A DNA stretch of 64,000 nt, taken from assembly GCA_020241125.1 (NCBI GenBank), contig GCA_020241125.1_4708.1. One strand, 5' to 3'. Within the stretch, counting starts at the first letter, position 1; every line of letters begins with the position of its first letter. The stretch is from a phage. The position numbers and the translations under genes are program-made. The notes under the pieces were generated by a model. That model searched no databases, was not told the origin of the DNA, and saw nothing but the letters and a program-made list of their open reading frames with translations. This document shows positions 7,508 through 16,887 of this stretch, piece by piece.

Positions 7508-9964
7508 TTAAATAATCGTGACGTGTTCGTTATATGTTTCAGGGAGAATGATGTTCGTTTTATCAAGAACCATACACTCGGCTTTACGGAATGATGCATG
7601 GTTGATCACATAGTGACTGATGAACCACACCTGGCTTACGCGGTGACCATCAACCAGACGACGAACAAAATCCATGGCATTAGATTGGTGCTGCGGATCA
7701 AATGTTGATGCGAATTCATCTAACATCAACGGATAATCCGTAAACCCCTTGTAATGCATCATCGCGATGATGAACGCGATATTGATAATTTCCTTTTGTC
7801 CCTTACTCCCATAAACAATATCTTTTCGCGGTGTCGGATACTTCTCAGTTAAAAGCGGAAAACGATAGTTCAATCCTTGCGCGTCGATAGCACACGGGAG
7901 TATCTGAAGTTGGTATTCCCAAATACTCGCAATGATGCCGTTCATGTACTCAACGAACGCGTTGATGGGACCCGCAATTGTTTCGGCAATCAGTCCGTTG
8001 GATGGACTCAACTCATCCAGAACAAGTTGTGCGTAACTGAGCTGTTCTTCCACCTCTTTTTGTGTCGTTTCCAACTGAGCCAGAAGCTGCTGGTCGGTTT
8101 TAGCTTCCTGTAGTTGCTGTTCGACATGACTTATTCGGCGAACTGTATCAGACATCGCAGCACGTAACGATTTCGTGTAGAGGTGTTGCAGATACTCTAA
8201 CCACAGTTGCGTTAACGCTTTATCGCTGTTATCAGAACGTACCTGATCTTCCATAATCGCCGTAATGGTTTCCAATCTACCTTCCGTAGCTGTGATGGCT
8301 TGTGTTAACCGCTCAACGGTTGTTAACAACTCTGTCCTGTTCTTATAAAGCAATTCTCGACGTTGCTGTAACGGTTCAACATCAACCGCTTGTACACGTT
8401 CGAGCATGCCTTGAAGATGTTTACGTTCTTGTTCGGCTTGTGTATAACGTGCGAGTTTCTCGAATGCAAGCAACCAATCATTAATGATTCCAATGCTGCG
8501 GAATCCTAATCCGTTTTTACGTCCTTCTTCCAGCAGATTGTCCCACATGGGTTTAATGGCGTAATAATCCTTCGTCCAACGTGTTAACTGACGATGTTGT
8601 TCCATCCAGAGCGTATAACGCTGAACCTTCTCGCTAAGCTCAGCTAACGATTTCTCTTGTTCTTCAACCCAAGCACGGCCTTTCTGAATGCGTTGTTCAA
8701 TACTCGCTTTGCTGGTCTTTTCCGTTTCACCAACATGAAAGCGATAATTGCATTTTGGACAGCTGGTCTGGGGTTGATGATTCAGATGGTCGAGATGCGC
8801 TTCCAAATCGGCTAACGCATGTTTCGCGTTACGCAAACGCATTCTTGCTGCCTCTTCCTCCTTGATGTAAGCTTCAGCATCGTAAACATGATAGGTGTTG
8901 TCGGTATCAATCCATTCTTGCAATAGTTCCGTTAACGGAGCCTGAACTTGTGTGAGCTGTTGTAAACAAACCGCAGCGTCCAGATTCATCGTTAAAAGCT
9001 CACCTGGATGATCTTGCTGAAGTTGTTCGTCCAAACATGCAATGCGGGCTTTAATTTGATCGATATCACCTTCGCCAGACTGTTTCAACTGGTCAAGGAT
9101 ATTATCGATACCCAACAGCTCGTCAACCTGACTTTCGAGTTTTGCATTCGCATTCGCGAGTTGCTCTCTTAGTTCAGCCAGATTCTGCTGTTCTTGTTGC
9201 GATGTTCCTCCTTGGTAACGAACAACCGCACGAAGAAGCTCGCGATTAAAATGATGGGCACGTTGTGCGGATTCCAGAAGCTGTCGTTGATCAACATCGC
9301 TATCGAATAACGGCAATCCCATCATCGCTTCGAGCGCTGAGCGTTGCTGTTTTAACTCTGCTTCCAATCCCTGGTGGTCGGTGCCCGTGTATTTCGCTTC
9401 AATGCGCTGTGATGTTTCAACCAACTTATTCAGTGTATGCTCATTCACCGCTTTCAGTGAACGTACTTGTTGCTTAACAACCTGAAACAACTCGAGCGCA
9501 TAATCGACGTTAACCGGACATATCTGTGTTAATCGTTCGCGGCGTTTCATCGGTCCCATTTCGGTGAACTGATAAGCCGTTTCGTAACCTAGCAACAAAC
9601 GAATGGTGTCATCATTAAGTTCGAAATGTTCTTCAATCAGTTTCCATTGGGCCGGTTGTGTGCCACCACCGTTCAGGTTCTCGCTGTCGTTAACGTAGAA
9701 CTCATGCTTAAACCCTTTTTCTAAACGACTGATAAGACGGTATTGCTTATTACGGTGTTCGCAGCGGTACTCGTAATACCCGTCTTTATCAAAATCAGCA
9801 CGCTCAGGAACGGTCGGATACAGCAAAGGCAATAGACTACTCTTACCGGAACCATTACTGCCTAAAATGAGTTGTACGGGATTATCTGGCCGGATGACCA
9901 GCTCCCGAATCATCCCGGTATCAAAACGATTGAATCCACGTAAGTGGAGATAGGTGCATCGCAT
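7508..9964 (-). CDS. SbcC/Rad50-like SMC-type ATPase
   Basis: Walker A LILGSNGSGKSSLL, long central heptad-rich region with CPKCNYRF (CxxC zinc-hook-like), C-terminal GSKGQKE signature-like and LMLDEFAST Walker B; ATG 9964 with AAGGA RBS (ORF track start 10000 is GTG). Confidence 0.8.
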   Translation of the reverse strand: MRCTYLHLRGFNRFDTGMIRELVIRPDNPVQLILGSNGSGKSSLLPLLYPTVPERADFDKDGYYEYRCEHRNKQYRLISRLEKGFKHEFYVNDSENLNGGGTQPAQWKLIEEHFELNDDTIRLLLGYETAYQFTEMGPMKRRERLTQICPVNVDYALELFQVVKQQVRSLKAVNEHTLNKLVETSQRIEAKYTGTDHQGLEAELKQQRSALEAMMGLPLFDSDVDQRQLLESAQRAHHFNRELLRAVVRYQGGTSQQEQQNLAELREQLANANAKLESQVDELLGIDNILDQLKQSGEGDIDQIKARIACLDEQLQQDHPGELLTMNLDAAVCLQQLTQVQAPLTELLQEWIDTDNTYHVYDAEAYIKEEEAARMRLRNAKHALADLEAHLDHLNHQPQTSCPKCNYRFHVGETEKTSKASIEQRIQKGRAWVEEQEKSLAELSEKVQRYTLWMEQHRQLTRWTKDYYAIKPMWDNLLEEGRKNGLGFRSIGIINDWLLAFEKLARYTQAEQERKHLQGMLERVQAVDVEPLQQRRELLYKNRTELLTTVERLTQAITATEGRLETITAIMEDQVRSDNSDKALTQLWLEYLQHLYTKSLRAAMSDTVRRISHVEQQLQEAKTDQQLLAQLETTQKEVEEQLSYAQLVLDELSPSNGLIAETIAGPINAFVEYMNGIIASIWEYQLQILPCAIDAQGLNYRFPLLTEKYPTPRKDIVYGSKGQKEIINIAFIIAMMHYKGFTDYPLMLDEFASTFDPQHQSNAMDFVRRLVDGHRVSQVWFISHYVINHASFRKAECMVLDKTNIILPETYNEHVTII

Positions 9965-10078
9965 GCTATGATAATCCTTCTTCGATACCTTCTGAACCAC
10001 GGGTTCAGAATGCTAAGCTGAAGCCATACTTCAGCGTTATTTTCTATATCGTTATTTAAATCAGTAGGAGATTACAGC

Positions 10079-11167
10079 ATGAGCGACCTGGCAACAGACA
10101 ATCGCACAAAAGGGAGTCAGCTAGCTCCAGACAACAACGTAAGCGTTTTCCGTATCTATGCCTTGGGTACTGTTGCTGCCGACTTTTCCAATAAAAGTCT
10201 GGAGGAAGATCCTAACCAGACGCTGGAGGTCTTTCTTGATGAGATGATGTCAGGCGCTGATGGGAAAGTTGAAGCGGTGGGAAGCGTTAAAGAAGTCAGT
10301 GCAACAGACGCTCAAGGGAACAGCTATACGGCGAAAGCGGCAACAACAACCAGCATACAGTGTTACTGGTTACCCTTCGGCAGTAACCGGATGACAGCAC
10401 CTAACTTGAGGAAAGGTCAGCGTGTGGTGGTTTGGCGTACCGCGGATGAAGAACAACTCTATTGGCAACCCAAAGGAGGGGATAGCGAGCTGATGACCAT
10501 GGAATCGGTTATCCTCACCGTCAGCGCACGTCCTAGCGCCAAGAAGGACCGTAAATCGATTTCAACGGAAGACTGCTATTACCTAATGGTTGATACCTTC
10601 CTCAAGAAAGCGGTTATCGGCACCAGCGCACAGCTTGGTGAAGTTACCCAAGTCTACATGGAACTTAATCTGGACGAGGGTTACCTACAGGTTGCGGACA
10701 GCGTTCATCAAAATCTGTTGTTACTCCATTTTGTCGAGCATATGCTGCGTTATCAAAACCAGGACGACAGCATCATCGACGTGACAAAAAAGAACATCAC
10801 GTTCCAGTGCGAGGATACGCTCAAAGCAATCGCTAAGAACGATATCCGAATGAAAGCAAAAAATATTTATACGGAATGTGAGAACTTTGAACGTACCAGC
10901 AAAACAGAAAGCGTTACGAGTCAGAATGTTTCTTTGAAGTGTGATCGTTACACCGCGCAAGTATCAGGACAGACCACGTTTAAATGTCCTAATACGGTAT
11001 TCACTGGAGCTGTAAGCTTCACAGGTGAAGACGGAAACACGATGACGTTGAATGGGAACTTCGTACACATCGCAGGCTCTTGGCGTTCACCAACCGGAAC
11101 AAACGTATACACCCACGATCACGGTGGTGTAGATCGTGGTAGCGGTCGTACAGACCCGTTCCAATAA
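10079..11167 (+). CDS. hypothetical protein (362 aa), possibly beta-rich structural
   Basis: ATG 10079 with TAGGAG RBS; C-terminal THDHGGVDRGSG; ends at bidirectional hairpin 11199-11233. Confidence 0.65.
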   Translation: MSDLATDNRTKGSQLAPDNNVSVFRIYALGTVAADFSNKSLEEDPNQTLEVFLDEMMSGADGKVEAVGSVKEVSATDAQGNSYTAKAATTTSIQCYWLPFGSNRMTAPNLRKGQRVVVWRTADEEQLYWQPKGGDSELMTMESVILTVSARPSAKKDRKSISTEDCYYLMVDTFLKKAVIGTSAQLGEVTQVYMELNLDEGYLQVADSVHQNLLLLHFVEHMLRYQNQDDSIIDVTKKNITFQCEDTLKAIAKNDIRMKAKNIYTECENFERTSKTESVTSQNVSLKCDRYTAQVSGQTTFKCPNTVFTGAVSFTGEDGNTMTLNGNFVHIAGSWRSPTGTNVYTHDHGGVDRGSGRTDPFQ

Positions 11168-11198
11168 ACAGAAGAAAAAAAAAAGAAATGCAATACAA

Positions 11199-11233
11199 CC
11201 TCCTTCCCTAGCCGTCAAGGCCGGGGAAGGAGG
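11199..11233. terminator. conserved hairpin, family copy 2 (variant loop)
   Basis: CCTCCTTCCC ... GGGGAAGGAGG arms between convergent genes; A10 run at 11177-11187 is a T-run on the minus strand. Confidence 0.65.
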
Positions 11234-11248
11234 ATTATAGTTTATTTA

Positions 11249-11638
11249 TTAACGCGTTGCATTCTGGATGATTTCTTTTCCGATCTTAACCAAAGCGGGT
11301 ATCTGTACAGCGGTTGCGCCTCGATGACGAAACGCGGTCGTTAACGCGGTATCGATACTCACCGCACGTCCGTGAAGACGATCGAAATAGACTTGAGTGA
11401 TTGCGGTAGCGTAATCCTTTCGCTGTTTCTTGGTTTGGCTCAACAGCGCCGCACTATGACTAACGATGAAGTAAGCGATTAAGAAGAACGCCGCTGACCG
11501 AGAACCAGGTAGAAAACCTTGTCGCTTAGGGAGCATCTCACAATCGCGAACACTATTATCGTTCGCCAGCTCTTCCATATCAACACAGCATAATTTTGCA
11601 TAGGTGTGGAGATAGTGGGTAAAAGTTGAATTTAACAT
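11249..11638 (-). CDS. hypothetical protein (129 aa)
   Basis: ATG 11638 with GAGGAAA RBS. Confidence 0.6.
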   Translation of the reverse strand: MLNSTFTHYLHTYAKLCCVDMEELANDNSVRDCEMLPKRQGFLPGSRSAAFFLIAYFIVSHSAALLSQTKKQRKDYATAITQVYFDRLHGRAVSIDTALTTAFRHRGATAVQIPALVKIGKEIIQNATR

Positions 11639-11743
11639 TTTCTTTCCTCGATTGCCATGAGTTCAATGTATAGCTTAAACGTCACAGAACGACGTATAAC
11701 GGTTTGTTTTAATTTCTAAGGGGTTTCCTTATCTAAGATTGAT

Positions 11744-12106
11744 TTAAAGCGTTCTGAAGAGTTCTGTAGCGTTCTCGTCACGTAGGCAGGCTTCGTTCAA
11801 CAATTCAGCTAACAGCTTCGACCGAACTTCAACAAATGTCCTGAGGCGATGCTCCCATTCTAAACGGATAGTGTACGTATTATCCAGGTTTTTGTAATCA
11901 ACGACAGATGTAGAACAACGGGCCTCGCGTTTGTTCACAGCACTCCAAACATCACGGATAACCGTCACGCCTTTCTTGGTACACGTAAACGTTAAAATAA
12001 AGCGATTATTCGCAGCTTCTTCACGGACGCCAACAAATTCACTTCGCAACGATGAGACTTTGATCAGTCGGTCAATAGCTAACGATAAACCGATACGTTG
12101 TTGCAT
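11744..12106 (-). CDS. hypothetical protein (120 aa)
   Basis: ATG 12106 with AAGGA RBS; part of a leftward cluster of small genes. Confidence 0.55.
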   Translation of the reverse strand: MQQRIGLSLAIDRLIKVSSLRSEFVGVREEAANNRFILTFTCTKKGVTVIRDVWSAVNKREARCSTSVVDYKNLDNTYTIRLEWEHRLRTFVEVRSKLLAELLNEACLRDENATELFRTL

Positions 12107-12107
12107 A

Positions 12108-12533
12108 TCAAATTCCTTCTTTCAGAATCTCATTAAGACCGTCAGTAATCCAGTCGAACTTCGTCTTAATCATGGCTGGGTTCAATCCATATACTTCCCA
12201 CACAAGCTGGGGTTTATGTGTTCCATCGTCCAAACAAAGCACATCGATTGAGAGTACCATACCACCCGTCAATTTCATGTTCTCGCAACTACGAAGATAT
12301 GCGGATTCTAGCAATACTTTCCCTAACGCAGTGCAAGCAAATGTTAACCGGGAAGAGTACAGGTACGATGACGTTTTACAGTAGGTTGCTGATATCGGTT
12401 GAATATGTTTGCGGAGTTTGGCGTCTTCACGTAAAAGCAATAACGTGTGATGTAACCGCGTATGCTCGGTAACCGATGAGCTATACTCACAGATACACTC
12501 TTCGGCGACTGATTTAGGCCATTTAATTTTCAT
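12108..12533 (-). CDS. hypothetical protein (141 aa), weak paralog of 12549-12992
   Basis: ATG 12533 with GAGGA RBS; N-terminus MKIKWPKSVAEE resembles MEIKFCKSIAIV of the upstream gene. Confidence 0.55.
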   Translation of the reverse strand: MKIKWPKSVAEECICEYSSSVTEHTRLHHTLLLLREDAKLRKHIQPISATYCKTSSYLYSSRLTFACTALGKVLLESAYLRSCENMKLTGGMVLSIDVLCLDDGTHKPQLVWEVYGLNPAMIKTKFDWITDGLNEILKEGI

Positions 12534-12548
12534 GTTCGATTCCTCGTA

Positions 12549-12992
12549 TTAACACTGTGTTCCATTCGATAAGCGGGTGGTATCAAAACGATCCAGTTGG
12601 TGTACAATGCTATCAGCAACACGATGCAAATAGTGTATTTTGTCCATTCGTGAAATCGCAGAAATCGTCCAGCAAGCCTCTGACGTCCAATAGGTGCCGT
12701 CTTCACTAAGGCTAACGTTATAAACTAACTTCGTCATCACATTTCTCGCCTTATGCTCAGCAGACCAGAATATGTTTTCTAACACATCCTTCCCCGTTTG
12801 TGAAAACACGAACCCAAGCTTCACGTCGAAGTCGGATGCTTCAAGATTAACGCAGTGAAGATGATTCTCTAACGGCGCAAAAGAGGCTAAACGTTCCAGC
12901 GCATGTTGCAGTGTGGGATGATCGAGCTTTTCGAGATCATCCGCAGGTTGTTCAGGTACAATCGCGATCGATTTACAGAATTTAATTTCCAT
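12549..12992 (-). CDS. hypothetical protein (147 aa)
   Basis: ATG 12992 with AGAGGA RBS. Confidence 0.6.
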   Translation of the reverse strand: MEIKFCKSIAIVPEQPADDLEKLDHPTLQHALERLASFAPLENHLHCVNLEASDFDVKLGFVFSQTGKDVLENIFWSAEHKARNVMTKLVYNVSLSEDGTYWTSEACWTISAISRMDKIHYLHRVADSIVHQLDRFDTTRLSNGTQC

Positions 12993-13104
12993 GGTAGGTT
13001 CCTCTTGATAGTGGTTGATGATAGTAACGGGGACGGCGATGTCCCCTTGGTTTCTTATTGCCCCGCCCGAACCCGATGGGGTACAGGCGGGTGATGTTGA
13101 TGCG

Positions 13105-13512
13105 TTATAGCGGCATCAGACGTTCTTTAAGTTGGGTTAACTTATTTGCAACGATGTTCTCAACGTCGATCATCTTGTTCATGTTGTCGAGGGTATCCTG
13201 CCAGATGAAAATATCCACGGAACCGGTTCCGACTAACGCGTTCTCAGGACGATGGTCACGGGTCACGTAGCGTGGTCTCTGCGGGCAGGTTTGTAACTCG
13301 ATCCAAAGCGCATCTAACGGACCACGGTCCGTGACACCTAAGGCGAAGAATTCACCTCGTACGACCAGAACATCATCAGCCGTCCTGACACGGGTTGATC
13401 CTTCGTACACCAATTCCATCTTTGCTCGACAGGCTGGGTTCTCGTTCCACGCCTGGACGGCATCGGCAAGGGCTATTGACGTTGCGGTGGTGTTCGTTTG
13501 ATCATGTTGCAT
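13105..13512 (-). CDS. hypothetical protein (135 aa)
   Basis: Intact ORF with ATG 13512. Confidence 0.55.
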   Translation of the reverse strand: MQHDQTNTTATSIALADAVQAWNENPACRAKMELVYEGSTRVRTADDVLVVRGEFFALGVTDRGPLDALWIELQTCPQRPRYVTRDHRPENALVGTGSVDIFIWQDTLDNMNKMIDVENIVANKLTQLKERLMPL

Positions 13513-13589
13513 TCTAAGCTCCTGTAACGCTCTCTAAGCGTCGTTTTAAGTTAAGGTATAGTTTCCCTTCTTTGGATTCGTTTATTGCG

Positions 13590-13865
13590 TTATACGGCTT
13601 TTCTGTGCGCGTAGAACGCCTTCGTTCCGTTGTTGATTGCTTCAACCACATCCCGGGTTAACACAACGGCGTTATCGCTTCGAGACGACGGTGCGTAATA
13701 CCCTTCACCGTTCTCGGTAATCAGGCGATAACGGACTAAGCCTATGCTCGGTTCAACACGTAGCACCTTCTCAAGTTTGTATTTGATGATCTTCGTCAGG
13801 CTAACCGTGTCTGACACGTAGATCGCTTTATAAACTTTGTTCTTTGCTGTGGGTTTCATCAACAT
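13590..13865 (-). CDS. hypothetical protein (91 aa)
   Basis: Intact ORF with ATG 13865. Confidence 0.5.
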   Translation of the reverse strand: MLMKPTAKNKVYKAIYVSDTVSLTKIIKYKLEKVLRVEPSIGLVRYRLITENGEGYYAPSSRSDNAVVLTRDVVEAINNGTKAFYAHRKAV

Positions 13866-13905
13866 GATTTCTGTTGTATTTTCCTTTTCGCTTGTTGGTG
13901 TTGGA

Positions 13906-14205
13906 TTAATGTTTAGGTTCCGTTTTGTGTTGTGCGAGTAATGTGTTGATCTGCTCCCGTTGTTCTTTTAAGCATGCAGGAAGCTGGTCTTCCCGTACCG
14001 TTCCGATTTCCAACGTGATGTACCAACGTTGTTCGGAAGCCTGCCATTGAAAACTGCTCTGTAACCTCAGGATGCTAGGATCACGTACCTTGCTTGCACT
14101 GTAACGGTTGAACCAATCCAGGTATGCTGCTTTCCCTTCCTCGTCAGCGATGTAACGCTGCACGCTGTTCTTCCCTTTGTTCTCGTATCCCGTTGCACGT
14201 ATCAT
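13906..14205 (-). CDS. hypothetical protein (about 100 aa)
   Basis: ORF 13906-14259; ATG 14205 overlaps the stop of the upstream gene as ATGA. Confidence 0.5.
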   Translation of the reverse strand: MIRATGYENKGKNSVQRYIADEEGKAAYLDWFNRYSASKVRDPSILRLQSSFQWQASEQRWYITLEIGTVREDQLPACLKEQREQINTLLAQHKTEPKH

Positions 14206-14984
14206 GCGAACGTTTCTCCTGTAATGTGTTGCGGATGGCGTAGCATGGTAGCATCCCATTGTACGATCTGGCTTCGGCTTACCCGCATCATGATGGATTC
14301 GTCATCAAGCCCCTGTTGCGCAACCGGCAACCAACGTTCCCCAAGCACCTTCGCTTCAACACGTTTCTTGCGTGGGTTGTAACGCACCTCGCTAACCCAA
14401 GCGAATCCAAGCGGATGGACTACCCGTGGATAAAACATGCGAAGCAATTGATGCATCCGATCCGTTGCCTCCAATTTGCCATCCACCATGTAAGGTTTCA
14501 CCATGGTAAGCTTTTTGGTGTAATACGTTCCAACGGTATGGTTACGCCAACTTGGCAAGGCATGATCCCCTTCTCTCAGTTTGCTATCCGAGTTCATTGA
14601 CCAGACCTGCTGTTTACCGGCCAGCATCGCGTACTGCCGATCAACGCAACGAACCCGATCGGCGAACAATGGATCCAGGACATCATCCACCGCGCCCTTA
14701 TTGCGATAACCGTGATGTACCACCAACCTGCTTGCGCTCATCGATGCGGGATGCTGGCTCTTATGCGCATACAGCCCTCCGTCACCGCGAGCGTCGTAAA
14801 GATAACCGCATGCGCCACGCCATATCACCTTGCCTACGGTTCTCTCGTCTTCAAGCAGCATCGTCGGCCCATCAAGCAAATTGGTGAACCACTGCACCTT
14901 CACGCATTCCGCTTGGACATGCTCAGGTAATGCCTGATACTCTTTTTGGGTGTATAAGGTATCAAAAATGATTTCTTCGTTCAT
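14202..14984 (-). CDS. hypothetical protein (260 aa), first gene of a leftward unit
   Basis: ATG 14984; promoter-like motifs at 15065-15078 and 15116-15132 lie upstream on the minus strand. Confidence 0.65.
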   Translation of the reverse strand: MNEEIIFDTLYTQKEYQALPEHVQAECVKVQWFTNLLDGPTMLLEDERTVGKVIWRGACGYLYDARGDGGLYAHKSQHPASMSASRLVVHHGYRNKGAVDDVLDPLFADRVRCVDRQYAMLAGKQQVWSMNSDSKLREGDHALPSWRNHTVGTYYTKKLTMVKPYMVDGKLEATDRMHQLLRMFYPRVVHPLGFAWVSEVRYNPRKKRVEAKVLGERWLPVAQQGLDDESIMMRVSRSQIVQWDATMLRHPQHITGETFA

Positions 14985-15064
14985 TTAAAAAGTTCCTCTG
15001 TTTCACGTTAATTAAACAACGTATTGATTTCTATTTGACAGAATACGAACATCGTACGTATCTA

Positions 15065-15078
15065 TCACTTAGGTAACG
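15065..15078 (-). promoter_or_regulatory. TTACCTARGTGA motif, degenerate copy
   Basis: TCACTTAGGTAACG resembles the exact 16-mer found at 43272-43287 and 51447-51462. Confidence 0.3.
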
Positions 15079-15115
15079 CTTACGCGTCGCGTTCATGATA
15101 CCATGCATCATGAAG

Positions 15116-15132
15116 GTAATATAGCCGTGAAA
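15116..15132 (-). promoter_or_regulatory. candidate phage early promoter, second exact copy
   Basis: Identical 17-mer GTAATATAGCCGTGAAA (plus strand) upstream of the leftward small-gene cluster. Confidence 0.45.
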
Positions 15133-15367
15133 GGATTTGTGTTAACGCAAGGGTTTTGTTTGTTTTTTAAGAAGGGATGGATTTAGAAGAGGTGTTTCAA
15201 GGAAGGTAAACGAGAATAGGTATTTTGATTTAAGTAAGATGTTATCTGTATCCGTTAGAAGTGTATTGTCTAAGTTATCTTGTTTATCTTAGGTTTAATC
15301 GTTTTTATCTTGGTATGTTTAAGTTGTTTTTATTTAACTGTTAAAATGCTTATCTTCAAAACAATGG

Positions 15368-15422
15368 ATAACATGTGTTTACTACGCTCGTTGAGTTATA
15401 ACTCAACGGTAACACATGTCAT
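15368..15422. repeat. nested palindrome
   Basis: Perfect 20-bp palindrome CGTTGAGTTATAACTCAACG (15389-15408) flanked by inverted arms AACATGTGTT and AACACATGT. Confidence 0.6.
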
Positions 15423-15811
15423 CTGTGCATTACACTACGTTACATGCTAGTTAAATCGGATAACTCAAAAAAACATTTGTGATACTCTTCTTCACGTTGT
15501 TCATCAGAGTATCTCGTCTATACTCATTGCATTCGTATACGACATAACCGTTACACGCTAACGCTACGCTTATAGCTTGATAACTCTAAGGATAAAAACA
15601 TAAACTCGCTTCGCTCGTTTAGTTTTTCTTTTTCTTAGAGTTATCCTGTTGCTCGTCTCTAAAGGACTTCGCTCCTCCCCCGTCCCCCGAAGGGGCCGAG
15701 GTCGTGGAAATTTTACTTTCCAAATACATTTACAACATCTGTAAACTTTTACTCCAGGTACTTAATCTTATCATTAGAAATTATAAAAGAGAAAATAAAC
15801 ACAAACATAAA

Positions 15812-15846
15812 CCTTCCCCCGACCCGTAAGGGAAGGAGGAAGGGAG
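15812..15846 (-). terminator. conserved hairpin, family copy 3
   Basis: CCTTCCCCCGACCC-GTAA-GGGAAGGAGGAAGGG, 9 nt 3' of the stop of 15855-16748. Confidence 0.65.
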
Positions 15847-15854
15847 AGATTAAA

Positions 15855-16748
15855 TTATTCGGAAACGTTATAACCGAATACTGCTTTACCGTAGGTGTGA
15901 GTACCGTCAGCTAACGACAGCACCAACACATGGTTGTATGTAGCGTTAACGCCTTTATCGGTAGACCCGGTGGTAGCACCGTTATAGACAAAGGTAGCTG
16001 TTTGCAGATTGGTTTTCAGTTCATTGATGATATCATCACTTACACCAGTCTGTTCTTTAATCAGGGTGGTCAGGTTACCCGCTAAGCCTGCATCGATCTT
16101 GGTATCGTTACTGGTAATAGCTTGTAAACCTGCGGTGTAAGTACTGAAGTCTAACGGATAGGTTAACAGACGTGCTGAGGTCTTGGTACCATCGCCTTCA
16201 TCAACGTAGGTTAAGTTACCCAGATTGGTAACCTTGATGATGTTAGCCAGATCCAGCGTGGTGTTATAAACTTTAACTTGAACAGAGCCATACCACGCCA
16301 ACGAATCTTCTTTGGCTTCCAGGGTGATCGTCTGGATACCATGCTGGTCGAAGGTAACCGGCGTAGCTAACGTTTCGGCTTTGATGTCTTTCGCTTTATC
16401 CAGGAACTTCTCACCGGAAGGCGTGATCATACCGTAGCGTTGAGCTACAAGGTCAACCACATCACCGATGGTGGTGTTCGCCTCAACGTTAACACGTACA
16501 GCGATCTTCTGGAACCACTTAGCCAGATCCAGACGATGGTAGGTGACATCTCGGTTATTGAAGTAAGGGGTACCTTCACCAGGACTAAGTGTTAAAGTTG
16601 CTTCTGGAGCAGAAGGATTCTTTTCTTTAAGGACGTATTTAAGGTCGGTATATTTAAAGCTGGCACCAGTGTCAGCGTTAAGCTGGTTGATCTCATCAAC
16701 GATAAGTTGCCAAGGTGTTTTTAAAGTAAGCGATACTTGAGCAGTCAT
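15855..16748 (-). CDS. abundant (codon-optimised) protein, member of a six-gene paralog family
   Basis: ORF 15855-17024; ATG 16748 with GAGGAA RBS; strong host-like codon bias; motifs YHRLDLAKWF and LAWYGSV shared with 27809-31428 genes; followed by conserved hairpin 15812-15846. Confidence 0.8.
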   Translation of the reverse strand: MTAQVSLTLKTPWQLIVDEINQLNADTGASFKYTDLKYVLKEKNPSAPEATLTLSPGEGTPYFNNRDVTYHRLDLAKWFQKIAVRVNVEANTTIGDVVDLVAQRYGMITPSGEKFLDKAKDIKAETLATPVTFDQHGIQTITLEAKEDSLAWYGSVQVKVYNTTLDLANIIKVTNLGNLTYVDEGDGTKTSARLLTYPLDFSTYTAGLQAITSNDTKIDAGLAGNLTTLIKEQTGVSDDIINELKTNLQTATFVYNGATTGSTDKGVNATYNHVLVLSLADGTHTYGKAVFGYNVSE

Positions 16749-16887
16749 TTTCTTCCTCGATAGTTGGTACATCACTCTCAAAAGATGTAAGTGTTTACAG
16801 AAATTAATATATTTTATATTAAATGTGAATATTATGGAGAACGACTCCGAATCTCCTTTTCGACCATCAAAATCAGAGGACACGAAC

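Larger units (their letters stand above)
14985..15854. other. about 870-bp ORF-free region (candidate origin or regulatory hub)
   Basis: No ORF of 60 aa or more in six frames; AT-rich; TTATCT/GTTATC iteron-like repeats (15242-15355); nested palindrome 15368-15422; 12-bp inverted repeat 15569-15580 and 15634-15645; promoter-like motifs at the left end, hairpins at the right end. Confidence 0.6.

Noticed and set aside
15031-15111. 26-codon minus-strand ORF starting 4 nt after the TATATTAC motif
   Set aside because: No RBS, very short, and overlaps the second promoter-like motif; more likely untranslated leader.
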